The notes: generated by a model not told the origin, from the sequence alone. A stretch of 64,000 nucleotides of DNA from Leptonemataceae bacterium (GCA_965227295.1 OZ245742.1:4480001-4544000), one strand, 5' to 3'. Counted from the first letter of the stretch, positions 1 through 10,958 are shown. Made by a program: numbers and translations.

Positions 1-1046
1 CCCGAACCGGCAATGATCACGGCGGATTCCTCCAGCTCCATGATCTCCTTCGACTCACGTGCCGTATGTACTTTCGAAAGACGTTCTGTAAAAAACGGCA
101 TCTCGCGCTTCGCGATCATGGCGGAAAGTTCGGTATCAAAACATTCCGGATGCAGGCGAAAGACCTCGGTCACGGCAATGGCCAACGGCGAATCCAGGTA
201 GACCGGCAGGATCGGAATGCGCTTCTCCCGTTCCAGAACGTGCAGCGACAGTAAGATCTCCTGAGCGCGTTCTAACGAAAACGACGGAATGAACAGCTTG
301 CCGCCGCCGTCCACCACCCGGCGAATCTCTTCGGCCAGGTGACTGTCCATGGCGGAGCGCGCCTCGTGCAGACGATCGCCGTAGGTGGACTCGGTGATGA
401 GAAAGTCCACGCCGTCGACGAACTCCGGATCGTGTAAGATGGGCATGTCCCGACGGCCCAGGTCCCCGGTGAACAAAAGACGTTTGGTGGAACCGTCGCT
501 CTGTTTTTCCTCGATGATTACCGTGGCCGAGCCCAGAATGTGACCGGCGTCGAAGAACGTAAAGGTGACGTCGGCATTCAGCGGAAAGCGCCGGCGATAC
601 GGCACACTCACGAAATGGTCCAGACTGCGCACGGCATCCGCCACGGTATAGAGCGGCGCGTGTTCCTCGGGGGGCGGCCGACCTTCTTCTCGAGCCGCCT
701 TCGCCGCGCGTTTATTCAGAAACTTCGCGTCCTGTTCCTGGATGTAGGCCGAGTCACGCAGCATTACACTGGCGAGATCCCTGGTGGCGGGGGTGGCGTA
801 GACGTTGCCGGCAAAACCGGACTTGATCAAATTCGGAATATTGCCCGAGTGGTCGATGTGAGCGTGGCTTAAGATCAGACAATCCGCAGTTACGGCGAAG
901 TCCGGCAGATCGCTATTGCGCCGGAAAGACTCCGCCCGTTTGCCCTGAAACAATCCGCAGTCCAGCAGGATCGTGAGGCCGCCCGCGCGTACGCAGTGCA
1001 ACGATCCGGTCACGGTTCCCGTGGCCCCGTAAAATTCCAGTTCCAT
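1..1046 (-). CDS. MBL-fold metallo-hydrolase, beta-CASP RNA-processing family (3' end outside window)
   Basis: Manual translation from ATG at 1046: MELEFYGATGTVTGS..LLDCG..LSHAHIDHSG..FDAGHILGSA..LFTGDLGR. Contains the HxHxDH metal motif. Not in the ORF track because it is truncated. Confidence 0.9.
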   Translation of the reverse strand, partial: MELEFYGATGTVTGSLHCVRAGGLTILLDCGLFQGKRAESFRRNSDLPDFAVTADCLILSHAHIDHSGNIPNLIKSGFAGNVYATPATRDLASVMLRDSAYIQEQDAKFLNKRAAKAAREEGRPPPEEHAPLYTVADAVRSLDHFVSVPYRRRFPLNADVTFTFFDAGHILGSATVIIEEKQSDGSTKRLLFTGDLGRRDMPILHDPEFVDGVDFLITESTYGDRLHEARSAMDSHLAEEIRRVVDGGGKLFIPSFSLERAQEILLSLHVLEREKRIPILPVYLDSPLAIAVTEVFRLHPECFDTELSAMIAKREMPFFTERLSKVHTARESKEIMELEESAVIIAGS

Positions 1047-1056
1047 CAAATCATCC

Positions 1057-1818
1057 TCACAAAAAAACACTCATCGCCAGTCCCAGGCCGAGCGCAATCA
1101 GCAGCACGAAGACCAGCCGGCGAAAGCGATCCGCCGGAATACGATCGTGCAGGAAACTCCCGAACCACAGGCCGAGAACCACCGCCGGCGAACACAGCGC
1201 TGCATAGCCGAGGACCACCGGCGTCCATAGTCCGCTCAGGGCGTGACCGATCAAGATCATTAAGCCCGTCGGCAGAAAGTACCCCTGCAGCGTCGCGCGA
1301 AACACCGACGGCGTCCAGTTGCGCAGGACACCGAACACAACGATGGGCGGGCCGCTGGTATTGTAGGCGCCGCCCAGGACTCCGGAGAGCCATCCGAACA
1401 GGTACGCGAAACGCTCGGATTGTACGACCGGCGCCTGGTTCGTTGCGGGCGTACGGAAACGCAGCAGTTGAAAGACGGCAAAGAAAATCAAAAACAACGC
1501 GAGGCCCAGTTTGACCGGGCCGGAGTCCACGTACGTCAGCACGAAGAGGCCCACGGGAATGCCGCAGGCCGAAGCCAGGATCAACCGGCCGGCGTCGGCA
1601 AAGTGCACCTCACGATAGCCGCGCAGAAAGATGTAAACCGAAACCAATACGCCCAGGATCGCAAAGAACGGCACGGCCACGCTGAGCTCCGTCAACAGGG
1701 CCAGCAGCGGCATAGCAATGACGGCGTCACCGAATCCGAAGACGGCGCGGATCGTCATGGCGAAGAAAACCACGCCGAAAATCGCCAGGGCGACGGCGTC
1801 CAGGTCCGGCCCCGGCAT
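1057..1818 (-). CDS. Sulfite exporter TauE/SafE family membrane protein
   Basis: Hydrophobic ~253 aa from MPGPDL; motifs FGFGDAVIAMPLL and GGAYNTSGPP. ATG overlaps the upstream TAA (TAATG). Confidence 0.85.
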   Translation of the reverse strand: MPGPDLDAVALAIFGVVFFAMTIRAVFGFGDAVIAMPLLALLTELSVAVPFFAILGVLVSVYIFLRGYREVHFADAGRLILASACGIPVGLFVLTYVDSGPVKLGLALFLIFFAVFQLLRFRTPATNQAPVVQSERFAYLFGWLSGVLGGAYNTSGPPIVVFGVLRNWTPSVFRATLQGYFLPTGLMILIGHALSGLWTPVVLGYAALCSPAVVLGLWFGSFLHDRIPADRFRRLVFVLLIALGLGLAMSVFL

Positions 1819-4800
1819 TACAAAATCTCGATGCCGATCAACGTGATGTCGTCCTGCACGGAGCCGGTGCCCTGGAAACTCAGGACTTCTTCGACGATAC
1901 CCTCGAGTTGTCCTTTCAACGGACGTTTGCGATGTTTGAGGCTGCATTCGGCAAAGCGATCCTCGCCGAACATCTCTTCTTCCACGTTCATGGCCTCGAT
2001 GATGCCGTCGGTATACAGGATGATGCGATCGCCGGCCTGCACGGAAATCTCCGCTTCTTCGAAAGAGACCTCGGGCGTAATGCCCAGCCACGTTCCCTGG
2101 GCCTCGTGCCAGCGGACTTCACCGTCGCGGATCAACAGCGCCGGCGGATGACCGCCCATGCTGTAGATCAGACGATCGCGCTTCGCCGTCACGAAACCGC
2201 AGGAACACGACAGGAAGTTGTCCGCCGTCCGTCCGTAGAGGGATTGATTCATGTAGCGCAGCAGTTCCGCCGGTGAACTCGTGCGCGTGCCGAAGGCCTG
2301 CAACGTCATCTTCACCGCGGACGCGAGCAACGCCGCCGGAATGCCGTGGCCGGAGACGTCACCGACGAAGAAGCCCATGCTGCCGTCCGGCAACGTAATA
2401 AAATCGTAGAGGTCCCCGCCCACCTTGTCCATGGGCCGATACAGGGCCGCGAGCACCAGACCCTCGGCATTCGGCAGCGTGGTGGGCAGCAGGTTTTCCT
2501 GGATGCGTCGAGCCTGGGCCAGGTCCAGCTCTAATTCTTTCTCCCTGGCTTTTAACGAAAGCAGGTTACGCATGATGGCCAGGATCTCAGCCTCGTCGAA
2601 AGGTTTCGCCAGATAGGCGTCGGCCCCGGCCTCGTGGGCCTCCTGCTTCGTCTGGTCGTCGGCGCGCGCCGTCAGCAGCAGAATGGGCGTGGTGCGATAG
2701 TCGCTGCGGCTGCGGATCTGAGTGATCATATCCAGACCGGAGATGCGCGGTAACATCAGGTCCGTAATGATTAAGTCCGGGCGAAAGGACTCGAGGCCGT
2801 CCAGGGCCTCCTGGCCGTCTCCGGCCTCCCCGACACGATAGCCCTGGCGATCGAAGATGTCCGCCATGTAGTGGCGCAGATCGACATTATCCTCCACGAC
2901 CAGAATGCGGCGGCCGCGACCGCGGTTCGTGCGCGGCGACGAACTCACCGCCGGCACCTGGGGCTCGATGTCGGCGTTGGTGAGCGCGATGTCGTGGCCG
3001 AAGGACTCGCGTTCAATGTGATCGGGCACGGAGCCCTCGGGGGCGGCCGGCAACCAGAAGCGGAACCGGGAACCCTCGCCCACCACCGAAGTCACACCGA
3101 CCCGCCCCTCGTGCAGTTCCACGAGTTCTTTGACCAGGCTGAGGCCGAGACCGGTACCGCCCTGGTCCTTCGCGAGCGGCTGCGCGGAATAACCGTAGCG
3201 TTTGAACAATCCATCCAACCGCTCCGGCGGAATGCCCATGCCGGTATCCTCGACCTCGACGACCGCGCCGCCGTCGTCGGGGAAAACCCGCAATACGATG
3301 CGCCCGTCCCGTTTGGTAAACTTAAGTGCGTTTGAAAGATAGTTAAAGATGCACTTATCGAGCATCTCCGGGTCCACCGAAACCACCGGCAGTTCTCCGG
3401 AGACCACCGTCTCGAGCTCAATGCCGCGAATGCGCGCGTAAGGTTCGAAAGAGGACGTAACCAGGGTGGCGAACTCGGCCAGGGAGATGGGACGGCGCCT
3501 CGGCTGCATTTTGCCGGCGACGATCTTTTGAAGATCGAGAAGCTGATCCACCAAACGCTGGAGACGGCGGGCGTTCGAGAGCACCACCTGTTGAGTGTCG
3601 CGAGTGATCAGCTCGCCCCGCCGTTCAGCGGCTTCCACCGGACTCTTGATCAACGTCAGCGGAGTGCGAAACTCGTGGGAGATGTTCTGAAAGAACGCGG
3701 TGCGCTGGCCGTCCAGTTCGCGCAGCTTATCGTTGGCGCCGCGCAGTTCGCTGATCTTCTCGCTCACCTCGATTTGCAGATTGCGCGAAAGATCATCCGC
3801 CGTACGGTAGGCCTCGGTGAAAAAACCGGCCAGGACCGCGGACTGAATCAGTATAAACAAAAAGAAACCGTGGGGTATGAGCGACGGGGCGATGTAGAAT
3901 CCCAGATAAACCAGGATGTCGTTGCCGATCCCCGTGGAAGCGACGACGCAACTCAGGAACATGGCCGGGGCACCCTGCTTCATGCGGGCGGCGGCCACGG
4001 CGGTCGCCCCCATGCAAAAGAGCAACACCACGACGATGAGAGCGAAGTAGTACGGCAGCAGCGTCGTGACCTCGTAGGCCGGACGCAGCAGATTGTGCAG
4101 ACCAAAGAACGCCGCGATGACCAGCATCACCGGGATGGGCTTCGGCGGAAATTCCTGGACGTAACACGATTGCAGAAACGCGTAGATCGCCGGCGGCAAA
4201 AAGAAAAGTGCCAGCAATTGTAACTTAAGCACACTCAGGTACAGATCGTCGGCGCCCAGCAGGCGCTGGGGAATGCTCGAATCGCAAACGGTCCATAGCA
4301 GAACCACAATGGCCAGCAGGCCGAAGCGCAGATGTTTGCGATCATGGCGCCGATAGGTCCAGAGTATGATGTGATACACTGTGATGATCAGCGACACGCC
4401 GATGAGCACGTAGGCGGCGAGGTCCTGGCGAAAGATCAGGGCGTCCATCTTCGCGGCCGGTGCCACCAGGATCGGGAAGCGCGGGCCGCCGCGTTGCACG
4501 TGAAAGTTCGAGACCTGCCAGATCAACTCCGGATGCTCGTAACACTCCACCCCGGCCCGGCGACTGACAGGCACCCGACCGGGATGACTGGTCTCCACGC
4601 TCGTACCGATCCGGCCGTTGCTGAACAACAGTTCGGAGCCGCAATAGAAACGAAACGCCAGGCCGCGCTGGTGTGTATAAAACTTCAGATCCCGTCGCAG
4701 ATCGTCGACGGAAGCGAAACGCAACCGTAACGTCGCAAAACCCGTCGAAGGCCGATCCTCCGCCGTGCCGGGTTCATCCGCCTCGAGCGGATCATCGAGG

Positions 4801-5102
4801 GACGCCGGCAGTCGCAGATAACGGCGCTCCGCCTGGATCAATTTTTGCTTTGCGGGATCACGAAAATCTGCGAAGGTATAGAGCCGGTCGCGGTAGATCT
4901 CCCATTCTCCTTCGAGGGCCAACGGGTCGCGGTTGTGAAAGTCGAAGCTCGCGATGTCGATCAAACCCTGCCGGGCCTCGCGGCTCTCATCGAAGCGCAA
5001 ACCGCAGTGGATGCAGAGGAACAGGGAAACGAAAACGAGAAAACATCTCCCGAACCGTCGGCGGATCCGGGCCAGGAGACGTTCTGACGGGAGATAGGTC
5101 AT
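1818..5102 (-). CDS. Hybrid sensor: 7TM-DISM-type receptor + histidine kinase + receiver + PP2C/SpoIIE phosphatase
   Basis: LEGEWEIY extracellular domain, ~7 TM helices, H-box NISHEFRTPL, NALKFT, DTGMG/GTGLGL, receiver ILVVEDN..ITDLMLP..AKP, PP2C motifs VGGDLYD, GDVSGHG, YTDG, DDIT. Confidence 0.9.
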   Translation of the reverse strand: MTYLPSERLLARIRRRFGRCFLVFVSLFLCIHCGLRFDESREARQGLIDIASFDFHNRDPLALEGEWEIYRDRLYTFADFRDPAKQKLIQAERRYLRLPASLDDPLEADEPGTAEDRPSTGFATLRLRFASVDDLRRDLKFYTHQRGLAFRFYCGSELLFSNGRIGTSVETSHPGRVPVSRRAGVECYEHPELIWQVSNFHVQRGGPRFPILVAPAAKMDALIFRQDLAAYVLIGVSLIITVYHIILWTYRRHDRKHLRFGLLAIVVLLWTVCDSSIPQRLLGADDLYLSVLKLQLLALFFLPPAIYAFLQSCYVQEFPPKPIPVMLVIAAFFGLHNLLRPAYEVTTLLPYYFALIVVVLLFCMGATAVAAARMKQGAPAMFLSCVVASTGIGNDILVYLGFYIAPSLIPHGFFLFILIQSAVLAGFFTEAYRTADDLSRNLQIEVSEKISELRGANDKLRELDGQRTAFFQNISHEFRTPLTLIKSPVEAAERRGELITRDTQQVVLSNARRLQRLVDQLLDLQKIVAGKMQPRRRPISLAEFATLVTSSFEPYARIRGIELETVVSGELPVVSVDPEMLDKCIFNYLSNALKFTKRDGRIVLRVFPDDGGAVVEVEDTGMGIPPERLDGLFKRYGYSAQPLAKDQGGTGLGLSLVKELVELHEGRVGVTSVVGEGSRFRFWLPAAPEGSVPDHIERESFGHDIALTNADIEPQVPAVSSSPRTNRGRGRRILVVEDNVDLRHYMADIFDRQGYRVGEAGDGQEALDGLESFRPDLIITDLMLPRISGLDMITQIRSRSDYRTTPILLLTARADDQTKQEAHEAGADAYLAKPFDEAEILAIMRNLLSLKAREKELELDLAQARRIQENLLPTTLPNAEGLVLAALYRPMDKVGGDLYDFITLPDGSMGFFVGDVSGHGIPAALLASAVKMTLQAFGTRTSSPAELLRYMNQSLYGRTADNFLSCSCGFVTAKRDRLIYSMGGHPPALLIRDGEVRWHEAQGTWLGITPEVSFEEAEISVQAGDRIILYTDGIIEAMNVEEEMFGEDRFAECSLKHRKRPLKGQLEGIVEEVLSFQGTGSVQDDITLIGIEIL

Positions 5103-5672
5103 CGAAACGGGAGTCGGCGCGAGCCGTTACCTGTACGAGGCTCTCCCGTATATCGGCATTCTGTCCACATTCTTTTCAAAAGTCGGCCGATGTGGCTAAG
5201 CGAGCAGGTTGATGCGAAAGTTATCGAGGGGACCGGGGCCCGCGGAGTCCACCCCGGCTTTGCGCATGTCGGTATCGGCCTGGCGGGCGCGGTCGGCCTC
5301 GGTCAATAGTCGCGTTGGCTCGGGCATATTGTTCACGGTCAGCGCGCTCTGACTGAATTGCCGCGCACCGACATTGTTCTGAGCCGAAATGTTGATTTCA
5401 CGTAACATGGGTTGCTCCGAACAGGCGAGGACTCACCAACTCCTCGAATCCCTGTATAGGAGGATGCCCCCCCTCCCCGGAAAAACAAGGATTTTTCGGC
5501 CCGGGTTGACCGAACGCTTTGTTTCCTGTGCAACGCACAATGTTTTGACACCCAGCAGGGTGCCTACAAAACGAGTACCCAAATTGTATTAGACGTAGAA
5601 AGCGTTCAGAGGGTCGTCCTCACCGGTGAAATTTTACGCAGCACCGGCAGGGTTCGAGCCGATTTATGAAAC

Positions 5673-7037
5673 GTGGGAGCAGTGCACCAGAAAAGCCCGC
5701 TCCGAGCTGATATGTCCCAGTCTAAATCTTTCTCATCGCTCCGAATCCCCGGTTTCGCGAGCCATCCCATCTTCCGCGCTGCGGTCCTGGTTGTTACGAC
5801 CCTGCTCTGTGCGCCCATGATCCTCACGGTTCCGTCCGTTACGGTGGCCGGCGAACACATCTCCGGCACCGCGACGCCGGACTCCGTATGGGAGACCCTG
5901 TCCCGGGAGTACATCAAAAACCGTACGGTGCCCGAAGGAACGGCGAATCTCGCTGCCTGGCTCAGCACCATCTTCGGCTCCAGCGGAAGCAACGGCATCA
6001 TCGAAACTCTGCATCCGAATGCGGCGGACGTCCAGCGCTTAAGAAAGGCCGAGAACAACTTAAGCCATCATGTTCGTCGGAGCGCGGGTTCCAGGGCGCT
6101 GCCGCAGTTGGCCCTGGGCATCTACCGCGACGCCACTCCGATCTTCACCGAGAATCAGGGCTTTGACAGTCGAACCGTTCGTCCCCTGGCTTCGGTCACG
6201 AAGACCTTCACCGCCGTAGCCGTTCTGCAATTAATGGAGCGCGGTAAGCTGCGCCTGGACGATCCGATAAGCAAGTACATCCCCGAACTTCCGTATGCAA
6301 AGCAACCCCTGGGCGATGTACCGGTAACGGTCCGCCATCTGCTCCGACACACCTCCGGCGTCCCTTACGGCACTTCCCGGCCCGGTGTCTCCATCGAGAG
6401 CCGGCATCGCAAGTTTTCGTACTACATCCCCGGCCAATACCGTCCGGCGGGCGTGGGCTTCGCTTATTCGAACTACAACTACTACGCCCTGGCTCTGTTG
6501 ATTGAACGACTCTCCGGCCTGGCCTACAACGAGTACATCGAACAAAACATCTTCGAGCGCGCGGGCATGAGCGACGCACGCGTATCCGCGGCGGCCAACG
6601 GCGCGTCCGGTGTCAGCAGTTCCGTGCGCGATCTTTCGTTGTTCGGCGCGGCGGTCTTCGTGCGCAATAATCCGGTGCGTCTGCTTTCCCGCCGGGCCGT
6701 CGAAGAGATGCTGTCCGCGCCGGTGCACATGCAGGGCAATAACGATCCGTACCGCATGTACTACGGCCTGGGCGTTCGGGTCCAGTATGCCGACGGCAAT
6801 ATCAGCGAGGTCTATCACACGGGCATCTGGATGGGCATCTTCGCGGAACTGCGCTACTTCCCGACCGAAGACTCCCTGCTGTTGCACGTCGGCAACCCGC
6901 CGAACTATCGCGCCGCCCGCCTGGGCGATTACCGGGCCGGCTCCGTTAAGTTAGCCGGCGACTATGTAAAGTTACTGGATCGCCTCATTGCGAACACGTC
7001 CGTGGACCTACCGGCCAACGAACAGGCGTTGCGCTGA
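5673..7037 (+). CDS. Serine hydrolase, class C beta-lactamase/PBP-like family (start uncertain)
   Basis: SxxK (ASVTKTFTA), LLRHTSG, YSN (FAYSNYNY) and HTG motifs; N-terminal hydrophobic segment. Confidence 0.85.
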   Translation: MGAVHQKSPLRADMSQSKSFSSLRIPGFASHPIFRAAVLVVTTLLCAPMILTVPSVTVAGEHISGTATPDSVWETLSREYIKNRTVPEGTANLAAWLSTIFGSSGSNGIIETLHPNAADVQRLRKAENNLSHHVRRSAGSRALPQLALGIYRDATPIFTENQGFDSRTVRPLASVTKTFTAVAVLQLMERGKLRLDDPISKYIPELPYAKQPLGDVPVTVRHLLRHTSGVPYGTSRPGVSIESRHRKFSYYIPGQYRPAGVGFAYSNYNYYALALLIERLSGLAYNEYIEQNIFERAGMSDARVSAAANGASGVSSSVRDLSLFGAAVFVRNNPVRLLSRRAVEEMLSAPVHMQGNNDPYRMYYGLGVRVQYADGNISEVYHTGIWMGIFAELRYFPTEDSLLLHVGNPPNYRAARLGDYRAGSVKLAGDYVKLLDRLIANTSVDLPANEQALR

Positions 7038-7072
7038 GTTCGTAGACGCCCGGAACTTTAGGGCTCACCGAA

Positions 7073-8416
7073 TCACTTCTTCTTTTTTCCGTGCAGGTTC
7101 GGGCGTTCGAAGCGGCTTTCGCGCTGTTCGGCCGGCGTCAGGGCCACCTCTTCGTCGGTGAAGCGGCGCTCGATCGTACGGGTATTGTTCGCCCAGGCAG
7201 TGGACTCACCGATCGACGTGCTGCGATCGAAGACCGGACGGAACTTCGGATGATCGTCACGGCGCGACGCGAAAATCAAATGCGAAAGCCCCGGGCCGTA
7301 GTTGTAACCGTACGAAAACGGCAGCTCTTCGATCGTCCGGCGCTCGTCGCGCATGGCGGAGTACAACTCGGGCTGGAAACGATCGCGAAACAGCGGAACC
7401 GGACGGCGATAAACGCCGAAGAGGCGCAGGTTCCAGCGACCGTTATCGAGATAATGAAAGGGCACGCCGGAAGAATCCGTTAAGATACACTCACTGCGAC
7501 CTAAGATTCCGGACCGAATGCCGTCGAAGGAGGCGCGGTACATGAGATACGAAGCGGCCTTGAGCATGGTCGTCGTATCGCTGCGGCGGCGAAGATACTC
7601 CTCGAACTCCGGGCCCATGAACGAATCCGCCAGATTGTACTTTAAGTAGACGACCGTCTGCATGGGACCACTAGCGCGGCGTACGAAGTAGGCCACGCCG
7701 ATGGACTCCGCTGCTTCGTCCTCGCGAACCAGACGCCCGTCCTCGGTCAGACGCACGGTGTAGCCGTCGACGATCTCGTACCCGAGGTTACTCAAAAAGA
7801 ACAAGAGCAGACCGGACACGCCGCTGAAGCGGTTCGCCCCGACCTCTACAGCCATATCGATGGTCTTAAAGAAGTTCCGGCCGAGGACCTCGCCCACGGC
7901 CTGGTAGACGGCGCCCAGCTCTTCGCCTTCCCGATAACCGCCGCCTTTCATGGCCTGCACCGGGTCGATCTCCGGAACCGAGCCCGGATGTTCGAGGCCG
8001 ATCATTACGTACGAGGGGGCGTTCGGAAACAACGTAACGGCGTGAGCGATGTCCGGCCCGGAAAAGGGATAGAACACGTGACGACCGCAGGCCTGGTCGC
8101 TCAGATTCGCGTTCCACTCACGCATCTTCGCGAGATGATTCGCATCGTAGCGCTCCCACGCCGCGCGCACACGACGCTCGTAGCCGGGGTAACGTTTGTT
8201 TTCCGCGAGCGGCCGCAGTTCCTCGGACAGCAAACGCCCGCCGTCGCTCTTGCCGGCGATCCACAGGGCCGTATCGTTCAGGCCGTCACGCCGATCGTAG
8301 GGCAAGGTCGCCATGGGTTCTTCGTCGCCCGGGTTGGAACTGTGCGGCTTTTCCGACGGACGGCAAGCGCTCAGCAGAACTCCGGTCATCACAATCAACA
8401 GCAGGCTTCGGTACAT
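7073..8416 (-). CDS. Hypothetical lipoprotein
   Basis: Signal peptide with lipobox LLSAC; 447 aa; VFYPFSGPD and KAASYL motifs. Function unknown. Confidence 0.75.
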   Translation of the reverse strand: MYRSLLLIVMTGVLLSACRPSEKPHSSNPGDEEPMATLPYDRRDGLNDTALWIAGKSDGGRLLSEELRPLAENKRYPGYERRVRAAWERYDANHLAKMREWNANLSDQACGRHVFYPFSGPDIAHAVTLFPNAPSYVMIGLEHPGSVPEIDPVQAMKGGGYREGEELGAVYQAVGEVLGRNFFKTIDMAVEVGANRFSGVSGLLLFFLSNLGYEIVDGYTVRLTEDGRLVREDEAAESIGVAYFVRRASGPMQTVVYLKYNLADSFMGPEFEEYLRRRSDTTTMLKAASYLMYRASFDGIRSGILGRSECILTDSSGVPFHYLDNGRWNLRLFGVYRRPVPLFRDRFQPELYSAMRDERRTIEELPFSYGYNYGPGLSHLIFASRRDDHPKFRPVFDRSTSIGESTAWANNTRTIERRFTDEEVALTPAEQRESRFERPNLHGKKKK

Positions 8417-8430
8417 GGTTCTACTCGTGT

Positions 8431-9336
8431 TTAGAGATGGCGTTCAAAGAAGTCAAAGACATTGTTCGTATGCGCGTCCCAGTAGCCGTAGTCGTGGGCC
8501 TTACCGGCTTCCGGCCGCGCCTCCCGATCGAAGACGAGGTTCAGGCGATCGCCGTGGGCATTGCGCAGCGCGTCGAACAACGCCCGGCTCTGAAAAAACG
8601 GCACAATGCGATCTTCCGGGGAATGCGCAAGATACAGCGGCAACTTCCACTCAGCGGATCTTTGTACGATGTTATCGGTGTGTTTCCAGCGATCGGGAAA
8701 ATCGTCGTGGGCCCCGTAGACCGCTGTCATGAGACGATCCTTCGGTTGCAGGCTTTGATCGTAATCCCCGGACAGCGCGGCCACGGCGCGAAACCATTGC
8801 GGGCGTTCGAGGGCCATCAACGCGGCGCCCCGGGCCCCGGTGGAAAGCCCCAGGACGAACGAGGACTCCGGCGTCATATAGCCCTGCCTGCGAAGTTCAG
8901 GCACGAGGACATCACGCATGTAGACCAGGCCCGGCCGATCGTCGTTGCCGTCCCAGCGACGCGTTGTCTCGGGAAAGTATTGCGAGGCGTAGATCGACAC
9001 GCCCATCTCCGGGCAAATCAAACGAAAGCCGCGGCGAGCGGCAGTTTCGTCGAGAGAGGTTTCGTCCAACCAGCGGGTGCGCCGATGTTTCCAGCCAGGC
9101 AAGACCAGAACGTCGGCCCGGGGATTCGCGCCGGCGACCACCGTAACTTCAACTCCGCCAATGTTAAGCTCCGAACGTTGCGGAGCCGCCGGTGCCGACG
9201 CGTCCGGGGAAACCGAGGACGCCTCCTGCGGTGCGCTGTCCGGGCCGCCGCAGGCCGACACAAACACGATGACGCAGGCCGCCGCAAATCCGACGCCGAC
9301 GACAAAACGCGCTGCCCGGCTATGAGGCGCGCTCAT
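8431..9336 (-). CDS. Alpha/beta-hydrolase (esterase family) lipoprotein
   Basis: Lipobox VSAC; nucleophile elbow GLSTG; Asp (PEDRIV) and His (AHDYGYW). Confidence 0.85.
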   Translation of the reverse strand: MSAPHSRAARFVVGVGFAAACVIVFVSACGGPDSAPQEASSVSPDASAPAAPQRSELNIGGVEVTVVAGANPRADVLVLPGWKHRRTRWLDETSLDETAARRGFRLICPEMGVSIYASQYFPETTRRWDGNDDRPGLVYMRDVLVPELRRQGYMTPESSFVLGLSTGARGAALMALERPQWFRAVAALSGDYDQSLQPKDRLMTAVYGAHDDFPDRWKHTDNIVQRSAEWKLPLYLAHSPEDRIVPFFQSRALFDALRNAHGDRLNLVFDREARPEAGKAHDYGYWDAHTNNVFDFFERHL

Positions 9337-10958
9337 CAGTGCCGATCCCGGGAATCTTCTTCCATCATGGTTTCGTACTCGACCGGGCGCGCGTCATCGC
9401 TGCCGTTTCCGTTCCCCGGCGCACCACCGTTACTGGCGAAGACCGACCGCCAGAGATAGTACATGGCGAAGCCGATCAGCGCGACCACCACGCCGAGCAG
9501 GGCTTCCAGGCGCGCGCCGGAGTCGAAAAAGATGTTCACCACTAAGATGAGCACAACAGAAGCTACGTAGAATGCCGGAAGATACGGATAGCCCAGGGCC
9601 CGCACGCGCCCGCCCTCTTGCTTCGCGACGGCGACCGGGTCGCGCCGGTGCCGGCGGCGCAGAATAAACACGGAGCTGATGGTCATGATCGACAGGAACA
9701 TCATCATGATCGTGGTAAGATCGACGATGGTGCCGAAGTCCAGGAAGATCAGAATCAACAAACACGCGCCCAGGCACTGCAGCCACAACGACCAGGTCGG
9801 CGTTTCGTAGCGCGGATGCAACTCCCGCGCCCTGCGAAAGAAGATGCCGTCCCGGGCCATGGCCAGATAGACCCGACTGCCGGAGAGGACCGTGGTGTTG
9901 AGCGTGCCGAGAACTAAAAAGGCGATGACGAAAGTCATGATCGTGCCGGCCAGGCCGCCGAAGACCACGCTCAGGGCCCGGGACGCCAGATCCCCTTCCC
10001 CCGCGACGATCTCACCGAAGGGAATCGTGGCGAGCAGTACCATGCAAAAGAGCATGTAGACCACGCCCACAAAACCGATGCCGATCAGCATGGACTTCGG
10101 AATGACCTTCTCCGGATTCTTGATGTCCTCGGCGAGGTACAGCGTTACGTTCCAGCCGGTATACGTAAAAAAGACGGGGATCATGGCCATGCCGATCTGC
10201 GCGATCATGGGCTTTTCGGCGATGCGCTGCGCGATGTCCGCGGGAATGCTGTATTCGCCGCCAAGATTCGCGGAGAAGGTCTTCCATACACTTTCGTCAA
10301 TGAACAATCCATCGATAATGATGGCCACGCCCGCGAGAAAGAGAAAGATGACCGGCGCAATGGTGACAGCCTTCTGTAGCAACAAACTGCGCGTAATGCC
10401 GATGTGATTCAGATACGTGAGCAACAGGACAATGCCGATGGCGACGACATGCATCACCTCGAAGCTGTAGGTCATGCCGGAGAAGTGCAACCAGGTGCCC
10501 GCGCCGATCTCCGGAACATCGAAGCTGAGCAGTGAGTTCTGCAAACAGGTCTTGCCCGCCGCATCCATCGCGTGGCCGCAGCCGAGCCAGTTGGCGATGG
10601 TGCTGCCCTGGTATTGAGCGACGCCCACGGCCATGGCGGCGATGGAGCCGGTGTAAGTGATCGTGAGGCTGAGGTATCCATACAAAAAACCCCAGGGCAG
10701 GCCGTAGGTTTCACGCAGGAAAACATAGTCTCCGCCGGCGCGCGGCATCATGATGCCCAGCTCCGCGGAACTGAGGCCGCCGGCGAGGGCAATGAGGGCG
10801 CCGACCAGCCAGAGGCCGAGAAAGAGGTACGGATCACCGGCGCCCTGGGCTACGACGGCCGGCATGAGAAAGATGCCGATGCCGATGATGTTGCCGAGGA
10901 TGATGAAGACGGCATCGGTGACACCGACCCGCCTGCGCAAAACATGTTGATCACTCAC
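9336..10958 (-). CDS. APC-family amino acid permease
   Basis: GNIIGIGIF, AELG..PRAGGDYVFL, FTYTGW, SRVYLAMARDG motifs; ~12 TM. Confidence 0.9.
   Translation of the reverse strand: MSDQHVLRRRVGVTDAVFIILGNIIGIGIFLMPAVVAQGAGDPYLFLGLWLVGALIALAGGLSSAELGIMMPRAGGDYVFLRETYGLPWGFLYGYLSLTITYTGSIAAMAVGVAQYQGSTIANWLGCGHAMDAAGKTCLQNSLLSFDVPEIGAGTWLHFSGMTYSFEVMHVVAIGIVLLLTYLNHIGITRSLLLQKAVTIAPVIFLFLAGVAIIIDGLFIDESVWKTFSANLGGEYSIPADIAQRIAEKPMIAQIGMAMIPVFFTYTGWNVTLYLAEDIKNPEKVIPKSMLIGIGFVGVVYMLFCMVLLATIPFGEIVAGEGDLASRALSVVFGGLAGTIMTFVIAFLVLGTLNTTVLSGSRVYLAMARDGIFFRRARELHPRYETPTWSLWLQCLGACLLILIFLDFGTIVDLTTIMMMFLSIMTISSVFILRRRHRRDPVAVAKQEGGRVRALGYPYLPAFYVASVVLILVVNIFFDSGARLEALLGVVVALIGFAMYYLWRSVFASNGGAPGNGNGSDDARPVEYETMMEEDSRDRH

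Noticed and set aside
5554..5571. AGCAGGGTGCCTACAAAA as a fourth palindrome copy
   Set aside because: Only the CCTACAAA half matches; compatible with chance.
5103..5672. Long intergenic region with small ORFs (5196-5408, 5389-5592)
   Set aside because: No recognisable protein motif, RBS or RNA family; cannot support a call.
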